Origin: Geosiphon pyriformis uo1
Taxonomy: Eukaryota; Fungi; Glomeromycota
Length of the DNA: 64,000 nucleotides
Assembly: GCA_016748015.1 (NCBI GenBank)
Contig: JAAOMT010000678.1
Span: 668,851-732,850, forward strand
Direction of reading: 5' to 3'
Part shown: piece by piece, positions 12,718-27,025 of the stretch
How positions within the stretch are numbered: position 1 is the first letter of the stretch
Layout: each line of letters starts with the position of its first letter
Position numbers and translations under genes: made by a program
Notes under the pieces: generated by a model
Seen by the model: only the letters and a program-made list of their open reading frames with translations
Told to the model about the DNA's origin: nothing
Databases searched by the model: none

Positions 12718-13139
12718 TAATGGGCAAGAACCCTATATTGAATAAATTTTTCATGCTGCACTTTTGAAAGAGAAGGTCACGATATTAAAACATAATTTTA
12801 TGTTTGTGTAAAAACAACTGAACTGAGTTCAGTTCAAATGAAAAACCCACATAAATCTTTCAATACTGATAATTCTTAATATTATAGATTTTTTCAAGAA
12901 AATCAATTTTATAAAAGTGACTGCTAGAAAAAAAGACGCAAAGCAAACGAATTAATTTGAAAGACTCATGGAAATTAAAGAATTCATTTTTAAATCTCTT
13001 GATTCAGTCCTCTTTGCCTACCAATAAAAATTGCTAAAATCTTCGGATTTGATCAGTTTCTATTTCCTTTCAAAGAAAAAAAAAGAACCGTAACGCCAAG
13101 CCAGTCACTTTTATGGTTTATACAGTGTGGAACAAAAGA

Positions 13140-14350
13140 AACCGAATTTGTAAAATTGGTTATTATATTTCAATTAATGCACCAAATTATATTAAAAAAT
13201 ACCATTAGAAAGCTGAATTTATTAAAATATTTAAGTCAGATAAATTGGCAGGCCGATCAATAATATCAGCAATAAATATCTGAGGAATTTTACATTTGTG
13301 CTTTGGACGACTATTTTGCTAGAACCACAATTTTCATTCTAGCATATTGTTAATTTTAGGAAGATAAGTGCAAAGAATTTCAATGTAAAATTCATCATTT
13401 ATTATACCAGTAAAGCAAAATAAATTTGTTTTTCCTTCGTTATATAACCACTCCAAGCAAAAAAAAATTATAATTTTTTGGTATAGTCCAAGTTGGTTGC
13501 AAACCTTTATACTAACATTTTAATGTGTTTCTAAGTAAATAGAATGGAGTTTTATCTAAAAAACAGTCCAGTTACAATTGTTATTTAAAATTTGGTTAGC
13601 TTATTCTACATGAGGTTTTTTTATACTTATTTGTAAGCATTGGTGTTGCTAAAGGAAGAATTTATTGATATTCAAAAACTTTTTAATGTTTTCTTATTGT
13701 TTTGTAGAATATATTTATACAATTTTGTTATTAAAATTATAGAATCTCAACAAATTATTAATGCCAACTATTATTCCTTATATGCTTTACTATTTCTGTT
13801 TCTTTAAGCTTTTTAAGAATATCATAGATAATGAAATATGGTATTTTTGTCTTTTATTGTGTTTTACTTGCATTCTATATTTCATTATTTCAAAAATATA
13901 ATATAGCTTGTTACTGCATTCTTTGCTTAAATGAAAGCAATTTGAAGGAGAATTTTGAAAATAAATAAATAAGAAATGCATTAAATATTTTTGAATATTT
14001 ATTTAAGAAAGTTTGCAATTGTTAATAAAAAATAACTGCTGTTGTAATTCTATGTCTCATTCAGCACTTTTAAATTCAATAACAAATATTAATTATTCTT
14101 AACAATTGTTTATTCAATAAATTACCAAAAAAAAGGTATAAAGTTGAATTTGATTTAAAGATAAGTCAATAATTGTAATTTTATGGCTATATATTGAAAT
14201 AATTAAATATTTTTTTATAGATTTAAAAGGTTATGTTTATATAACCAATAAAAGAGTCAAAAAAGCAAGTCAACAATTAAGTCAAGAATTAAGTCAATGA
14301 TTAAGTCAACAACTATGTAATGTTAGTGGCTAATACATAATTAAGCTAAT
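13140..14350 (+). repeat. Decayed copy of an unidentified interspersed repeat (probably TE-derived)
   Basis: 14030-14340 aligns by eye with 37145-37355 (+), ~38170-38220 (-) and ~62890-63170 (-), with many transition differences; no intact ORF. Boundaries approximate. Confidence 0.6.
14267..14314 (+). repeat. 4 x 12-bp tandem repeat (AAGTCAAnnAtT)
   Basis: aagtcaacaatt aagtcaagaatt aagtcaatgatt aagtcaacaact. Confidence 0.85.
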
Positions 14351-16152
14351 ATAAAAATTAATTATGTTTGAAGGGATCCTTTAATGGAATTACGAAAATT
14401 TGTAACAATATTATTTAAAAAGATTTCAAAAGCGTTTTACGTGAAAATTTTGAGACATTTCACGAACTTTGATGATAAAAAACGACCAATGTTCACAGCA
14501 ATGATTGATAACGACCAATTTTTCCTTATTAAATAACTTTGAAATTTTCGGGATGAATTTTCCTTACAATGAAAAGCAAAACTTTTTGCCTCCACGAGAC
14601 GATGGATTATTCTTTTTACGTTGGAATTCTAAGTCAATACTTTCCATATATTAAAACGATGTTAGATAATAATTGACGGTTCCAATTAAACAAAATGATC
14701 TGAAACACATTAACAATTAGCCGGAGAATTTATTCGAGAAAACTTTCCAAGATTCCTAAACTAAATTCTACAGAAAGCTTTATAAAGTATTGTTAAGGGA
14801 ACGTAGAGAAGCAGCAGCCAAAAATTTCTTTTATAATTTGATTATTTATTGTAGAAGAATGGGAATATATAAAACTTAATATTTAAATAAGAGTAAAAGT
14901 ATTTCTTATTAAATTCTATTAATTAAATTTCTCTGCTTTTAATTTTTCAACTTCATTTTTGCAGTAATTATAGAACAATCGTCAAATGATTTCGTCTAAA
15001 AGTATTTAAAATACTGTATATAATACCTGTTTTTCACTTGCAGAAAAATTACTTTTCAACCATTGGCTTTGTACTTAAATATCATTTATTCCAAGGTACA
15101 AAACAAATATAAATTAAACAAAAAATAAGTTGAATATAGATTATAAGAAATATTATTCTTTTGGCTTTTTTTATGACGCAGAAAAAATAAGTTGAATAAT
15201 TATTTCATATTCTCATTGTTGTGAACGAATTCTTTGTTTTTCCGAAGTGTTTTTAGATAGATAATTTTTTTACATCATCCGACTTTAGATTAAAGAGATT
15301 TAAAGATTGAAACTTCCAGAAAAATTATTAGCAATGCCTTTTTTTGGGGAATAAGTTACGAGGTTCTTGCCAATGAAAGTTTTCAATTTGGCATTGTAGC
15401 AGGAAATTAAAATGACAAACAGTGATGATTTCCTGATCAAAAAGGGAAAATATAATAGGCTATCCTTTTTTCCATGTTTTGCCAAATGTACTGGTTTATT
15501 AAATTTATCAAGTTAGCCCCTTTCTTGACAGTTAACTTAATCGGAAAGACTTTTTTCAATTTATTTGCCAAGGAGAAATCTCGTGAAAAGGATAAAAACA
15601 TTACAAGTTGATCATTAAATAAATTTAAAAATCACGCAAAGAAAATTATTTGGAATGCCAAATCTTTATCATGTGAGAAAAAGAAGTTTTTTGTTTTCAG
15701 AGAATATTTTATATTACTCTTTTTGATTTAGGTTTCAAAATTACCCCCCAAAGCCCCAGTAATGTGGAAGATGGTGAAACATCGGAACTTCGTTATCAAA
15801 ACTCGGTAATTTGTTGATAGCTAATATTTTTCGGATTCGACGATCGCTCTTTTTTGAAGATAATGTTAAGTGCCATATTTTAGCTCGTTTTCGACGCTAA
15901 CATTTCACGCTTCTTGATGTTGACATCATCAATTAAAAAATTTTTAATGATTCTTCGTGACCTGAAAAATAAATTGCGAAAGAGAAACAAAAAAGACGCA
16001 ATGCAACACGAAGTCGGCTTAGAAATAAAGAAGAGGAGGCATTGGCTTGTAAGCGTCCAAAAAATAAATTGTTTTCATTCATAAATTTTGAGCTTTCTTG
16101 GTCCACCTCAAATTTAAAAAAGATTTTCGACAAAGGAAATTCCAAAACACTG

Positions 16153-17462
16153 ATGAAAAACAGAAGATTTTGCTTACTACTATCAACATTAGTTTTCTCA
16201 ACTATAGTGATTCTGATTCATACGCTTCTGAATCAAATCAGTCGAAGCTTTTTTCCCATTTATAAGCAGAAAGACAATCAAAAAATCTCGAGTCAACTTG
16301 GGATTTTGGGTCAAAAAATATCCGTCCAAAACTATTCTCGGCCTACAGTCACTTTTTCATTTAAAAATAGCAGCACTAAGTTAAATATCTTTCGCAGGGA
16401 AGCTAAAATGATCTTAGCAAATATGAATGAGGAGGATGAAGGAAAATTTCCTATAGATGATAGACCTATTATGATGAAAAGGTTTAATATTTATGCCCGG
16501 TATGCAAGTCTGGGTTATTGTCGACATAGCGGCTTCCAAATGATTTCCAATGATTTGAGCGGTAATTTTCGAACGTTTTTTTGGCCAATTTTTGATTGCA
16601 TCCTTTGATAATTGGTTCCAAATTTTCAAAGTTAGATCATTCGTACCCTCTGATGACGAAAGGTCACTTTTAGTTTCTTTTCGAACAGCCTCAATATCAA
16701 GATCACAATGGATAGAACGAGAATTCAATTTAGTAGCTTACCCTAGTGTTCCTAATGCCCGAGTTGATGAAAAGTTCTATGATCAATACAGGCTTGTTTC
16801 AAGTAAAATAAAAGAAAAAATTACCAAATTGCGAAATAAATTGATACGTAATTTTATTCTAGTGGGTCATAGTACTGCGGGTGGTAAGAAGTAATATAAT
16901 GATTTATTTCATTTTTAACTTGATACATTCGAAACTAAATACATTTCCACATTTAAGTATACGCTCTATTCTTGGCACTAGATTTGAGTAATACCTGGAA
17001 ATTCGATAATTTTACAGTCGTTACATATGGTCAACCTAGAATAGGTAATAAATATTTTGCTCAGCATATAAATACACATTCAAAAATTAGAACCTATCGC
17101 CTGACCAACACTGATGACTATGTTCCACGATTACCGGTATATGGCGAGAACCAATTAGTTCATCACTCACCTGAATATTGGATCGCTGTCGACTGTGATT
17201 GTTGGAGGGGAAAAGTTTATCGTTGCCAAGGCCCAATTGAAGATAATAAATTTATAATGGAAAGTAAGGTAGAAAAAGAAATCTAAGGTTCTGTTTATGT
17301 AATCTTTATTTTCGAAATGCATTCCGATTACTGATAGAGATGTTTTTTGAATTTGTGTAGAAATGTAACAATAGATACCATTATTTAGGCGATTCGTCTC
17401 ATTATGGACCCTACTTTGGCGTTACAATGAAAGAATGTGATCGATTTAATAGTGTTAATTAG
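16153..17462 (+). CDS. Lipase class 3 protein C (triad present)
   Basis: Exons 16153-16561, 16632-16883, 16958-17268, 17361-17462. Hydrophobic N-terminus, YARYASLGYC, GHSTAG, TYGQPRIGN, TDDYVPRLP, SHYGPYFG. Confidence 0.9.
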
Positions 17463-18053
17463 GGTAATTCATTTTTTTTTGACTTTATATAACATTGCTA
17501 GGCAATTTTAATCCTGATCAGTTCAATTAATGGATGTGTATCATCAAATGTTTCGAAAGAACAGATTTTAGAGTTTTTGATAATTCATCCAACAAAAATC
17601 TATACAGATCCATAATTTTTTCATTCTTTTAACATTTCTCAAAAATGAAGTCTCTTCAATTATCTATAGAAAGATTATTGTTTTGAGTTTAGAAAATTCC
17701 TTTTTTTGAAAATAAAAGATATCAGAATCAACGAATCATTTAAAATAAAAAGCGAGTTTTTGCAGTCCTAAAATTGTGGGAATATATGTAAGATGTTTTT
17801 TGGATTAGGATCTTCTTTTGAGAGAGATAAAATAGTCTCTTATTTCTAAAAACGATCGATGCTAAAGACCGAATTTATGGGTTAAACATTAATATTTACC
17901 TTTTGGGTAAATAATATTGAGTATTTTGTCTTTTAGACAACAAATATTTGTAAATTTCACAAAACAAGGAAAAGATAAAGAATATATTGGATATCTCGTA
18001 TTACTGAAAAGGCACCTTTTCCTCAACTTTAGTAACATAAACACATTATAAAA

Positions 18054-19503
18054 ATGCTAAATATTAATAGTGTAAATTTCCATAGACTAAGACGTTTGGA
18101 AATAAGAACACCAAACAATCTTGGAAATAGTGGTCAAAGATTAAAATTTATTTCAAGAATTCATTTAAGCGTTGTACTTTGCCTTTTGTTTAAATACATT
18201 ATTCAAGGGGATAGATCTTTAAATGAATTAACTGGTTTTCCGAGAGTCACCCAAGATCATACGTATAACATAAAAGTCGAAAGATTTTTCAATGTTTCCA
18301 ATAAAAGGTTTGACTCTATATATAAACAAAAGCGTGAAATAATTTCAAGGTTTAGGAATCCGAAAAAATATGAAATCGGCGGGAAACAACAACTTGAGGT
18401 TCGAAACATTGGGGATAAAGAGCTTTTGAAGAAATTCGAAACTTTTGCGCATTATGCCAGTTTAGGTTATTGTCTAAATAAAGATGAAGGTGATAGTATA
18501 GCACCAGAAATTAATGGTACCGATCGTTTCCTTACTATGACGTTCAGAAGATTCAATAGTCCTCAAACAATAAAATTAATGACTTCTTTTTAAGCTCGAG
18601 TAGTTTGGTTTGAAAATCAGCATAAACAATCAGAATTGATAATATATTTCGGAGCTAGAGTCTTGAATCGAAATGAATGGCTCAAAAGACATTGGAATTT
18701 GATTAAGTATCCTTTAATCGAACACGGGTCTATTGACGAGGAATTTCTTTCTGAGACAGCGACTGGGGTCAAAGGATTAAAAGATAAAATATTAAAATCT
18801 AGAGAATGGATAGAAATCAAGAAAATTTTGCGAATCAATCTTGTTGGTCATGGATTAGCCGGAGGTAGGAACTACTGTTTGAAATGGGGTTATTGAATCA
18901 AGTGAAAATTTAACGTAAATGATTAATTAATAAGGAATAATTTTTTATTTCCAGTATTCGCTGTTCTTTTACAACCGTATTTACAACTTATGTTTTCCCA
19001 TGCTGAATATTATGTATATACTTATGGACAACCCCGAATAGGAGACAAAGATTTTGCCAGAGCTTTGAGCTTACAAAAAAAACTTTTCATATATCGTATC
19101 ACACATGCTGATGATTATGTTCCACGAATGCCACTTAAATTGTCTTTTAGCCATCATCCCAGTGAGTTTTGGATTGAGGCAGATTGTGAATGTAAAATTG
19201 AAAAAGTTTACATGTGTTGGGGCCCAATTTTTTCCAGGGGATATGAGGAAGAGAGTCAGGTATTAAAAAAAAAAAAAAAAAAACTGCAATGATTTATATC
19301 TGCCATATCTCTATATCTCGAAAAACTAATATTCATCTTTTAATTGTCACCACGATATTTGATCTTTGATATTTAAGCTGTGTAACAACCAATATAATAA
19401 GTTTGAGGATCTTTTACATGAAGGGTATTATTTTAAAAAATATATGGGGAAGTGTCCTGAAGATAGAAGTCACCCTAATCCTGATTTGGATTTAAAATTT
19501 TAA
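18054..19503 (+). CDS. Lipase class 3-like protein D; Ser replaced by Gly (probable pseudoenzyme)
   Basis: Exons 18054-18516, 18595-18864, 18955-19259, 19378-19503. FAHYASLGYC, GHGLAG (GGA at 18852-18854), TYGQPRIGD, HADDYVPRMP, LHEGYYF. Confidence 0.88.
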
Positions 19504-20543
19504 AAAGAATTTATTAATTTTGATAAAAATTCAAATGAAAAAATAACTTTTATTTTAATATGATTATTATTTTTTAACAATAATAAAATTTAAAAATCGA
19601 AATGAATTGTTTTAAAATAGATTTTAATCGTTTATTTGTGAACACTATTCAAATATAATTAGTTGTGACATAAAAGATTCTTCATAATTTTTGTGATAAA
19701 AAAGAAGGAATTCGATTAATTTTTAAATAGAATAGTAAGATTGAAAAACTATAATTTAATTTTCAAGATTTAATACACACATTGTGTCGAAATAATTTTT
19801 TGGCTTTCTCATTTTACCTTGAATTTAGACTAATGACAAACTATTGTAAAATAAGTTGGGATTCAGAAATAAAGTTTTCAAAGCTCTAAAATATTTTAAA
19901 ATTTAATTCCACTACTTATTCTAACTATTAAATGAGCATAATGCAAACGCGTATTGATAACGATTTTGATAGAAACCTTTTGCCCTTCGTACCAATGGTG
20001 ATCAATTTTGATTTAAACCTTTAAAAATTACTTTTAAATGCTAACTCCAATTCACGATTATCTAATCATAGCCATAATTGCCAAGATCGGGGAATTTAAA
20101 AAATGTGTAGTTTAAGTATATATAAATTATGAATTTATAAATTAAGAGTACAAAAATACTTTTAATGATAAAATTCGCCTTTAAATCATGAGGTTACTTA
20201 TTTATATCTCGAAATTCTTTTTAATATGTTTTGAAATCATTGATTAAATGAGTATATTTGTTTTTGTTCTCCTCCTCAATTCCAAAAAATTCTTAAGGGG
20301 ATATGGGGAGATTATTGAATAATTAAAAATATTTTTAACCTGTTGTGAATAAAGAAATATTTCAATTTTTTGATTTAGGAAATCAAAATTTTTCATCGAT
20401 CTCGAGGATAATATTTAAATAAATAAATTATTATTTTTTTTTTTTCAAAAGGTTTACCTGAAAGTTTTTTTTTAAGGTTTGGAAAACCTGAGTTAAAAAT
20501 TCTAATCTGATCAAAGATTTTCCTATCTAAAAATTTTAAACAT

Positions 20544-20582
20544 TAAACTAAACTAAACTAAACTAAACTAAACTAAACTAAA
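20544..20582. repeat. (TAAAC)n microsatellite
   Basis: About 7.8 perfect copies. Confidence 0.9.
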
Positions 20583-23338
20583 TGATGAGGAAATTTATAA
20601 AACTCAAAGATTTTATGACATAAAAAGATTCCAAAAATAAATTTATCAAAATTTCACCCAACTAACAATAAATAATTTTCTAAAACGTTCTCATAATATG
20701 AAATCTTATTTTAAAAAATAACTTACTTGATAAATTTTTTTTGTTTAAGTTGGGATTTGTTTAATTTTTTGATATCTGAATATTCAGTCTTAAAATCATC
20801 ATCATCATCATTGATCTGATGTTTCTTTCAGAAAAAGGAATTTATTTTGCTTTTATAAAACTCTGACACTTTTTTGCCCGAAACGTTTAAGATTAAAAAT
20901 CTTTATATATATATAAATGAAAGGAAGGTATTATAAATTTTGAAGTATGAAAAAACTGATACTTATTTCATTGACAAAAAATAATGTGTGTATATGTTAA
21001 CTCTTATTTTTTAGGATTCTCGATTTAGACTGATTAATTTATATTTTTGATGAGTTACATGATGATGAGATTGTTAATGTTCTTTTTAATCTACCTTTAA
21101 AGTTTAGCCCCACTAAATTAAATTGTCTCTATCTCTTTTATAAATTTAAAAAAATCAAAAAAGTCAAAATTTTACAGGCTTTAAGGGGATTTTTGTTTCA
21201 AATTCTTTTTTTAGAATATCTGACGTTATTAATGACGATAAAAATATTCTTACAAATAGCATACTAGATTTATGACAGACTAATTAATTTTAAAAAATTC
21301 TCCAATAATATTAAAACAAATCTTTAATTACTGTTACAGATTGATTATCTCTTTTCAAAATGGGTATATGCAGAGAAGAGCCCTTTCAAAGTATGACACT
21401 AAGCGTAATACGTGTATCTTTTATAAAAGCTTTTGAATTCTATTTAATCAAATATTATTCTGAATCGAATAAGGATCAGAAAAAAATAATGTTAAAAAAA
21501 TTTTCACTTCACTTCTCTTATCTAATTAATTTAAATTTATAAAAAGATATTCATTGAAATTCTTATTTTGTCTAATAAAGGATTACGAAATTAAAACATA
21601 ATTCGAAATTTAATTTTCAATATTCTGAACTTTTCAAAGTAATTTAAAAAGACCTTTTTGTGATATAAATACATTAATCGGTAAATTTGAGGGATTACTG
21701 TGATTACTTGATCAAAATATTCGTCTTTGAATATATAAAGAACATATAAATACGACTATATGAAAAATTTATTTTTACTAAAATTGCCATGTTTTAAATA
21801 AGAATTTGATATAGTTATAAATTTGATCGAATGTTGCTAATAATCGAAATTTATGTTATTGGTTTTAGCCTATTCGATTTTGAGATTTCAAATAAGAATC
21901 AACCAGAAAATTTCATTTTTAATCTAGTATAAACTGAAGAATCAAAAATTTTTTTACTATCTTTTCAAGGGAACGTTTTTAAGGCTGGGATTTTACATTA
22001 TCAAAGTTCAGAGGAGTGAAATTATTCATAAAAGAGATGGATATTTTCACAGAATTTCCTCTTTTCCCTATTACTCAGCTTAATCGTAATCGATTTTCTT
22101 TTTCTGAACTAAATGATTAAATATGTACTTGAATTTTTTTTGATAAAAAGCCCTATTTTTAAAGTAAATAAAATGGAAAACCATTTTCTTTCAAATCAAT
22201 CCGAAAAAAGTGGCACAAACTATTCCATAATTGGTCAGTGTGATGTAATTTTTTAAATAGTTCAAGATTTTTTGAGTGTTTGTTGAAAAATATTTTCACC
22301 CGTGTGAATTGATTCAAATTAAAATTAGCTCTTTTGGTGTTCCTGGCACAAAAATTGAAGTGCCTAGACTTCACTGAAAACTATTTGAATTATTTATTCT
22401 TTATTATAAAGTTTCAACATTATCCGAAAAGGGTTTGAACTGGATTTGACTTTCGTGCATTGCGGCAATAGGTCGATCAACGATGAAATGATTGAAAAAA
22501 GAAAAATATTTGAAATTCATGCTAAAAAATATCATTGATTAAAGATTATAACAAGGAGGTAATAAGTAATCACTGATAAACTTGAAAATGTCCACAAATT
22601 ATCTATTTAAAGTACCTAAAAAAAGAATATCGTAAAGAAGTCTGGATTCAATTTCAAATTATTATTATTATTTTTTTTGGATATTCAATTAATGTTATGC
22701 ATAAATCTTTTCAAAACATTAATTATATCGAAATTGGTTGAGTGCAGAAGTTCATTGTAAATCTTATCGTACTCTTTTTTTCATTTCCCGTTCAATTTTT
22801 TAATCGAATCCCCACCCCCACCCCCCCCCCCCATTCAAACGTTAAAGCAATATTAAATTCTTTTAAGACTTTGAAATTACTGATGATCCATTTTTTTTCA
22901 AGCGAGGTAAATCTATTCATTACAATTAAAGCAAATTTTAATTATCCTCCTCCTCTTAATCTTTGTAATTCTTCGATGCTACTAGCTCTTTTGTCATGTT
23001 CATTTTTTGAGTTCTCGAGAATTCTTTCAAAAAATCAAAGCCGAAACGATCCCACGCTAACTGAAAATCCATAAAACTAACGTCATGATTCCGATCTAAA
23101 TAACCCATCTAATTGAGGTTCTGAAAAGCATTATTGTATCACTAAACTTCCCATCAAAGTTTCAGTGCTAAAAAAAAATGATACCTTACAAATCGTCTCG
23201 TGATAAGGGTATTAAAACTTGCTCGAAACTCGATTTCTTCCATTAGTACTTTTTGCTATTAGTGCATCGAAGATATCATCCAATTAAAGAACTTTACAAT
23301 AAATTTAATCGGACCCATTTTACATCTGGAAAAGAACA

Positions 23339-23340
<2 letters not shown>

Positions 23341-23369
<29 letters not shown>

Positions 23370-23426
23370 TAAGATAAAAAAATTAAATGTAATATTCAAA
23401 TGTGTGTGTGTGTGTGTGTGTGTGTG
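23341..23426. repeat. (GAAA)7 and (TG)13 microsatellites
   Basis: Directly visible at 23341-23368 and 23401-23426, upstream of the 23721 gene. Confidence 0.9.
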
Positions 23427-23720
23427 TTGAACTAAAAATTAATCATGAAAAACTTTTAAAAATCGTGTTATTAATTTCAGATTACTGTTTACCTGGTCAC
23501 ATTAAAAGAATTTTATAAAGTATCCAGTTTTCGTTTTTATCTTTTTAAAATTACAATCTTCCTGTCGTCCATAACAAAGAGAACTCTCTCTGGAGGCTAG
23601 TAAATTGGTTCCAAGATTTTTTGGATTCAAATTGAAATTTAAAAATCCAAATTTTTTTGAAAGCTACCTAAATAAAATTTTTCCCGTGTGTTTGTAAACC
23701 GAAAAAAAAAGTTCGAAAAG

Positions 23721-25454
23721 ATGAATAGCTCATCGACCTCTGAAGTTCGACACAAGCATCCAGCAAATGAGCTTGTCATGCATAAAACGGAAGAGGTACG
23801 TTTTCTTTCACTTTTTTCCTTCACATTCAAATTTAATAATCATATGAAAAAGGTTTAAATAGGGAAAAAATATCTTCATTTATTCAAGTATAATTCAAGT
23901 ATATCTTATTTACCATTAAAATATTCTACCCATTGTTTTTCTGCATAATTTCTAAAGGTTTTAGAGGCATACGCAAAAGCTGGAGATGCTTTCAAACGTG
24001 CTGGCTTGTTATTAAAAGATCTAGCCCAAAAGGTTGAGGAGTTACGTGAAATTCTCCCTGAAAATATGTGTATAAAACTGCCAACAAACCTTTCCAATCA
24101 CTTCACCAATTTATCTTTTGATTGGGAAGAAACTTTTGCTCCTAAATATAAGTCAAATGAACAAATCAAAACACAAAGAAACCAAATTCCAGTTACAATA
24201 AACTCTTTTCCAAATTTTTCAGAACTTGAACAAGGCGTTAAAGATGAAGTTATGCAAATTGTTGTGCCCTCAAGTTCCAACTCTAACGCTGATGAAGAAA
24301 CTTCTGAACAGGAAGAAAGTAAAGATTTGGTAGCCAACCCTGAAAAAATTCCAATTTCATTTCGATCATTGCTTTGCCCCAAACAAGACAAGATAAACGC
24401 AAGTAAACAGTTGAAACCTGATAAAGACATCACAAATCTCACTATACCCACTTCAAAAAATACACAAATACGAGGTATTATGGAATCCTCTTTACCAGAA
24501 AATTTTCCTCAGAGCAATCCTATTCAAAATCTAAAGGATTTATCGAAATCCGTCAATCCTCCTTTTTCACCTTTTCTTACAAAGTCTACTGGAAATCTTA
24601 AAAAGGCATTGAACCAGGACTCCATGAATCAATTGCCTTCTTTAATACAAAGGAAAACGGGAATTTCATCATTGCATATACCAACGATGGAAATGGAAAT
24701 TGAACCCTCACCGAATAACTTGAGCTTTGGTTCAAATTATGATCACCCATGTTATAGTCAAAAGATATTTCCGATTTACTCTTTTTGGAATACAGTAGAA
24801 CATAGCAACCGATTTCAAGCGCCATCAATTTCGTTGCTCAATAAATCCCTAAAGACTTCTCCTCGATCAAATCGATGTGGAAAATCTACATATAAATCTG
24901 GAAATAGATTTAAGCCATATGGAAATCAACAAACCATAAAAAGGGAACACAAACAGGCGGAAAAAAACGATGTAAATAATTCGCGGATAAAATTTCCCCA
25001 CTATCCTCACAATATTTTCCATCCATTCTCACCTGAAGCCCGAGAGAGGCCGGATTATGATGAGCCGGTAGAGAGAGCAAACAAGGATCAAGGCCCTATA
25101 TTCCTAAGTTTTTTCTTGAATGGCATTTCTCACCAAACTACAGAAGCTTCCAATTGGTGGCAGGAAGTAACAAAAAACATTTATTACCCACAACCATTAA
25201 CCGCAGAAGAGCATACTCTTATAGATAATTTTATTCAATACGCTGGTCTTCGTCTCAAAGATCCAAAATGTACTCAATCTCAAATCGCAAATGAGATCAT
25301 CGCTCTTTCGAATAACACTTGTAAAATTTCACAAGGATCTGTATCAACAATGATGCGACGTATAGCTGTGCCTAAGCCGCCACAAACAAGGGCCGCTATC
25401 CGTAATTGGGTTGAACATGAAAAAGCGAGGTGTAGTCGGGAAACAGCGGAATAA
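23721..25454 (+). CDS. Uncharacterised ~523-aa protein, putative DNA-binding (C-terminal Cro/POU-specific-like HTH)
   Basis: Exon 23721-23795 (GAG|GTACG), intron to TAAAG, exon 23958-25454 in frame with the 482-aa ORF. N-terminal amphipathic helix, long S/P/N-rich low-complexity middle, C-terminal TQSQIANEI...ISQGSVSTMMR...IRNWVEHE. Confidence 0.78.
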
Positions 25455-26967
25455 TTTTTTGCAAGAATAGAAGAAGGAAGACTCGAATAATAATATTTTA
25501 TAATAGGATTTTGTTAATAAGGATTTTTAAATTTTAGAATGTAAACCACGTTAAAACCAACCTTTTTTTGGCATGATTAACTTAACTGCTTTCAATTTTA
25601 ACTTATTCAAATAAACTAATGTTTATTCACTTTTCCTCTATTAATTAGTGTTACGCATCAAAGATTGTACATAATTCTTAATGGTTAAAAAAATTTTCTT
25701 GTCACGTGACCTTTGAATAAAATCTAAAGCTAGACTAGTTAATAAAAAAGGTTTCAGGAATTACATGAAAATAGTTATTATGACACGCTGAAAATTTTTA
25801 ATTAAAATCAATTCTTCGACCCAAATGTATGCGTCCTAAAGAGATGATCAAGAATTTAATCCCAAAGAAACTCTTTAAATGAGAAAATAGGCACCATTAT
25901 AGTAGACACTCTCATGTAAGTAGGTTTCATTACATTTTATATCACGCCAAACTTTAATCAAGGTCTTTGCATTAACAATATACTTAAAATAAATTATTAG
26001 CTAAGTAATTTAATTGATCAACCATAAGATTTTCTGCTTTTGTCTCTAGAATTTAACGATTTTAATCATTTTAAGGGAAAGAACCCTCTGATGAGCTCTA
26101 TTCATGACGAATTAGCAACTTCGACAAGGATTGGTACAGGTTTCTTCCTAAACAGGAAATTTTTATAAGATGAATCAATTGGGGATTTCTTATAACATGT
26201 ATTCTTCATAGAGAATGAACTGAAAACTTGAAAAGATGAGCCAGCCGTGAGTTGTAACATTTAGCAAATCGATCGATTTTTATATATATAAATTTTCTTG
26301 AACAAGTTAAAAATTTAGCTGTAATTAACTAAGTATTCATCTTATTTTGTAATATATTTCAAATGCAATGCCAGAAAAGGTACAATATTTTTGAGATAAT
26401 TATTCAGCGTTTTTTTAATTAATATTTTATTAAAAGAGATTGGCTTATTTGAGATGAAAAATCTCTACAAATTTTGGCCATATTTAATTTGAAATTAATT
26501 ATGGTGATTTTAAGCTGAAACAAATGAGATACTAAAATAATTGATTTAATAAATTAGTACTTCCTTTGGGTTTCAACTCTTTTTTTTGTTTTATACGCGT
26601 TTAACTACATTTTAGCATTAATATTCTAGACTAATTGAAGAGAAATTCAGATTATAGCGTCTAAATTATTAAGGAATTTGAATCAAGTAAGGAGTTATAA
26701 AAAATTCCATCGTTCTGGACCAATTAAATGCCTGGTTATTAAACTATTTTCCATAAATTATTTGGCTTTGAATTAATTTATTTGCTTTGTACAAATACCT
26801 AACAATGAGCATCTTGCAGCATCTAGATTTGAATTTCCTTTCAGGAATTATTAAAGGTTTTTTCATTTCAATTTTTGATATTTTACTTTAAGATAAAAAG
26901 TACTTTGATGACAATGAGTTAAATTTTTCATTGAATATTGCAAATGGTCTCATTTCTTATGATGATG

Positions 26968-27023
<56 letters not shown>
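26968..27023. repeat. Abutting (ATA)n/(ATT)n microsatellite (self-complementary)
   Basis: ATA repeats directly followed by ATT repeats. Confidence 0.9.

Positions 27024-27025
<2 letters not shown>

Noticed and set aside
14267-14314. Short repeat array as possible CRISPR
   Set aside because: 12-bp tandem units with no spacers, eukaryotic context, no cas genes.
20544-20582. (TAAAC)n as an interstitial telomere
   Set aside because: Does not match TTAGGG-type repeats; simple microsatellite.
24098-24828. Antisense ORFs over the 482-aa ORF (and similar shadow ORFs over the lipase, HMG and P450 exons)
   Set aside because: Opposite-strand or alternative-frame shadows of real exons, with no recognisable motifs.
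26088-26115. CTGATGAG...CGAA as a hammerhead ribozyme core
   Set aside because: Stem II pairs poorly, GAAT replaces GAAA, and no stems I/III found.
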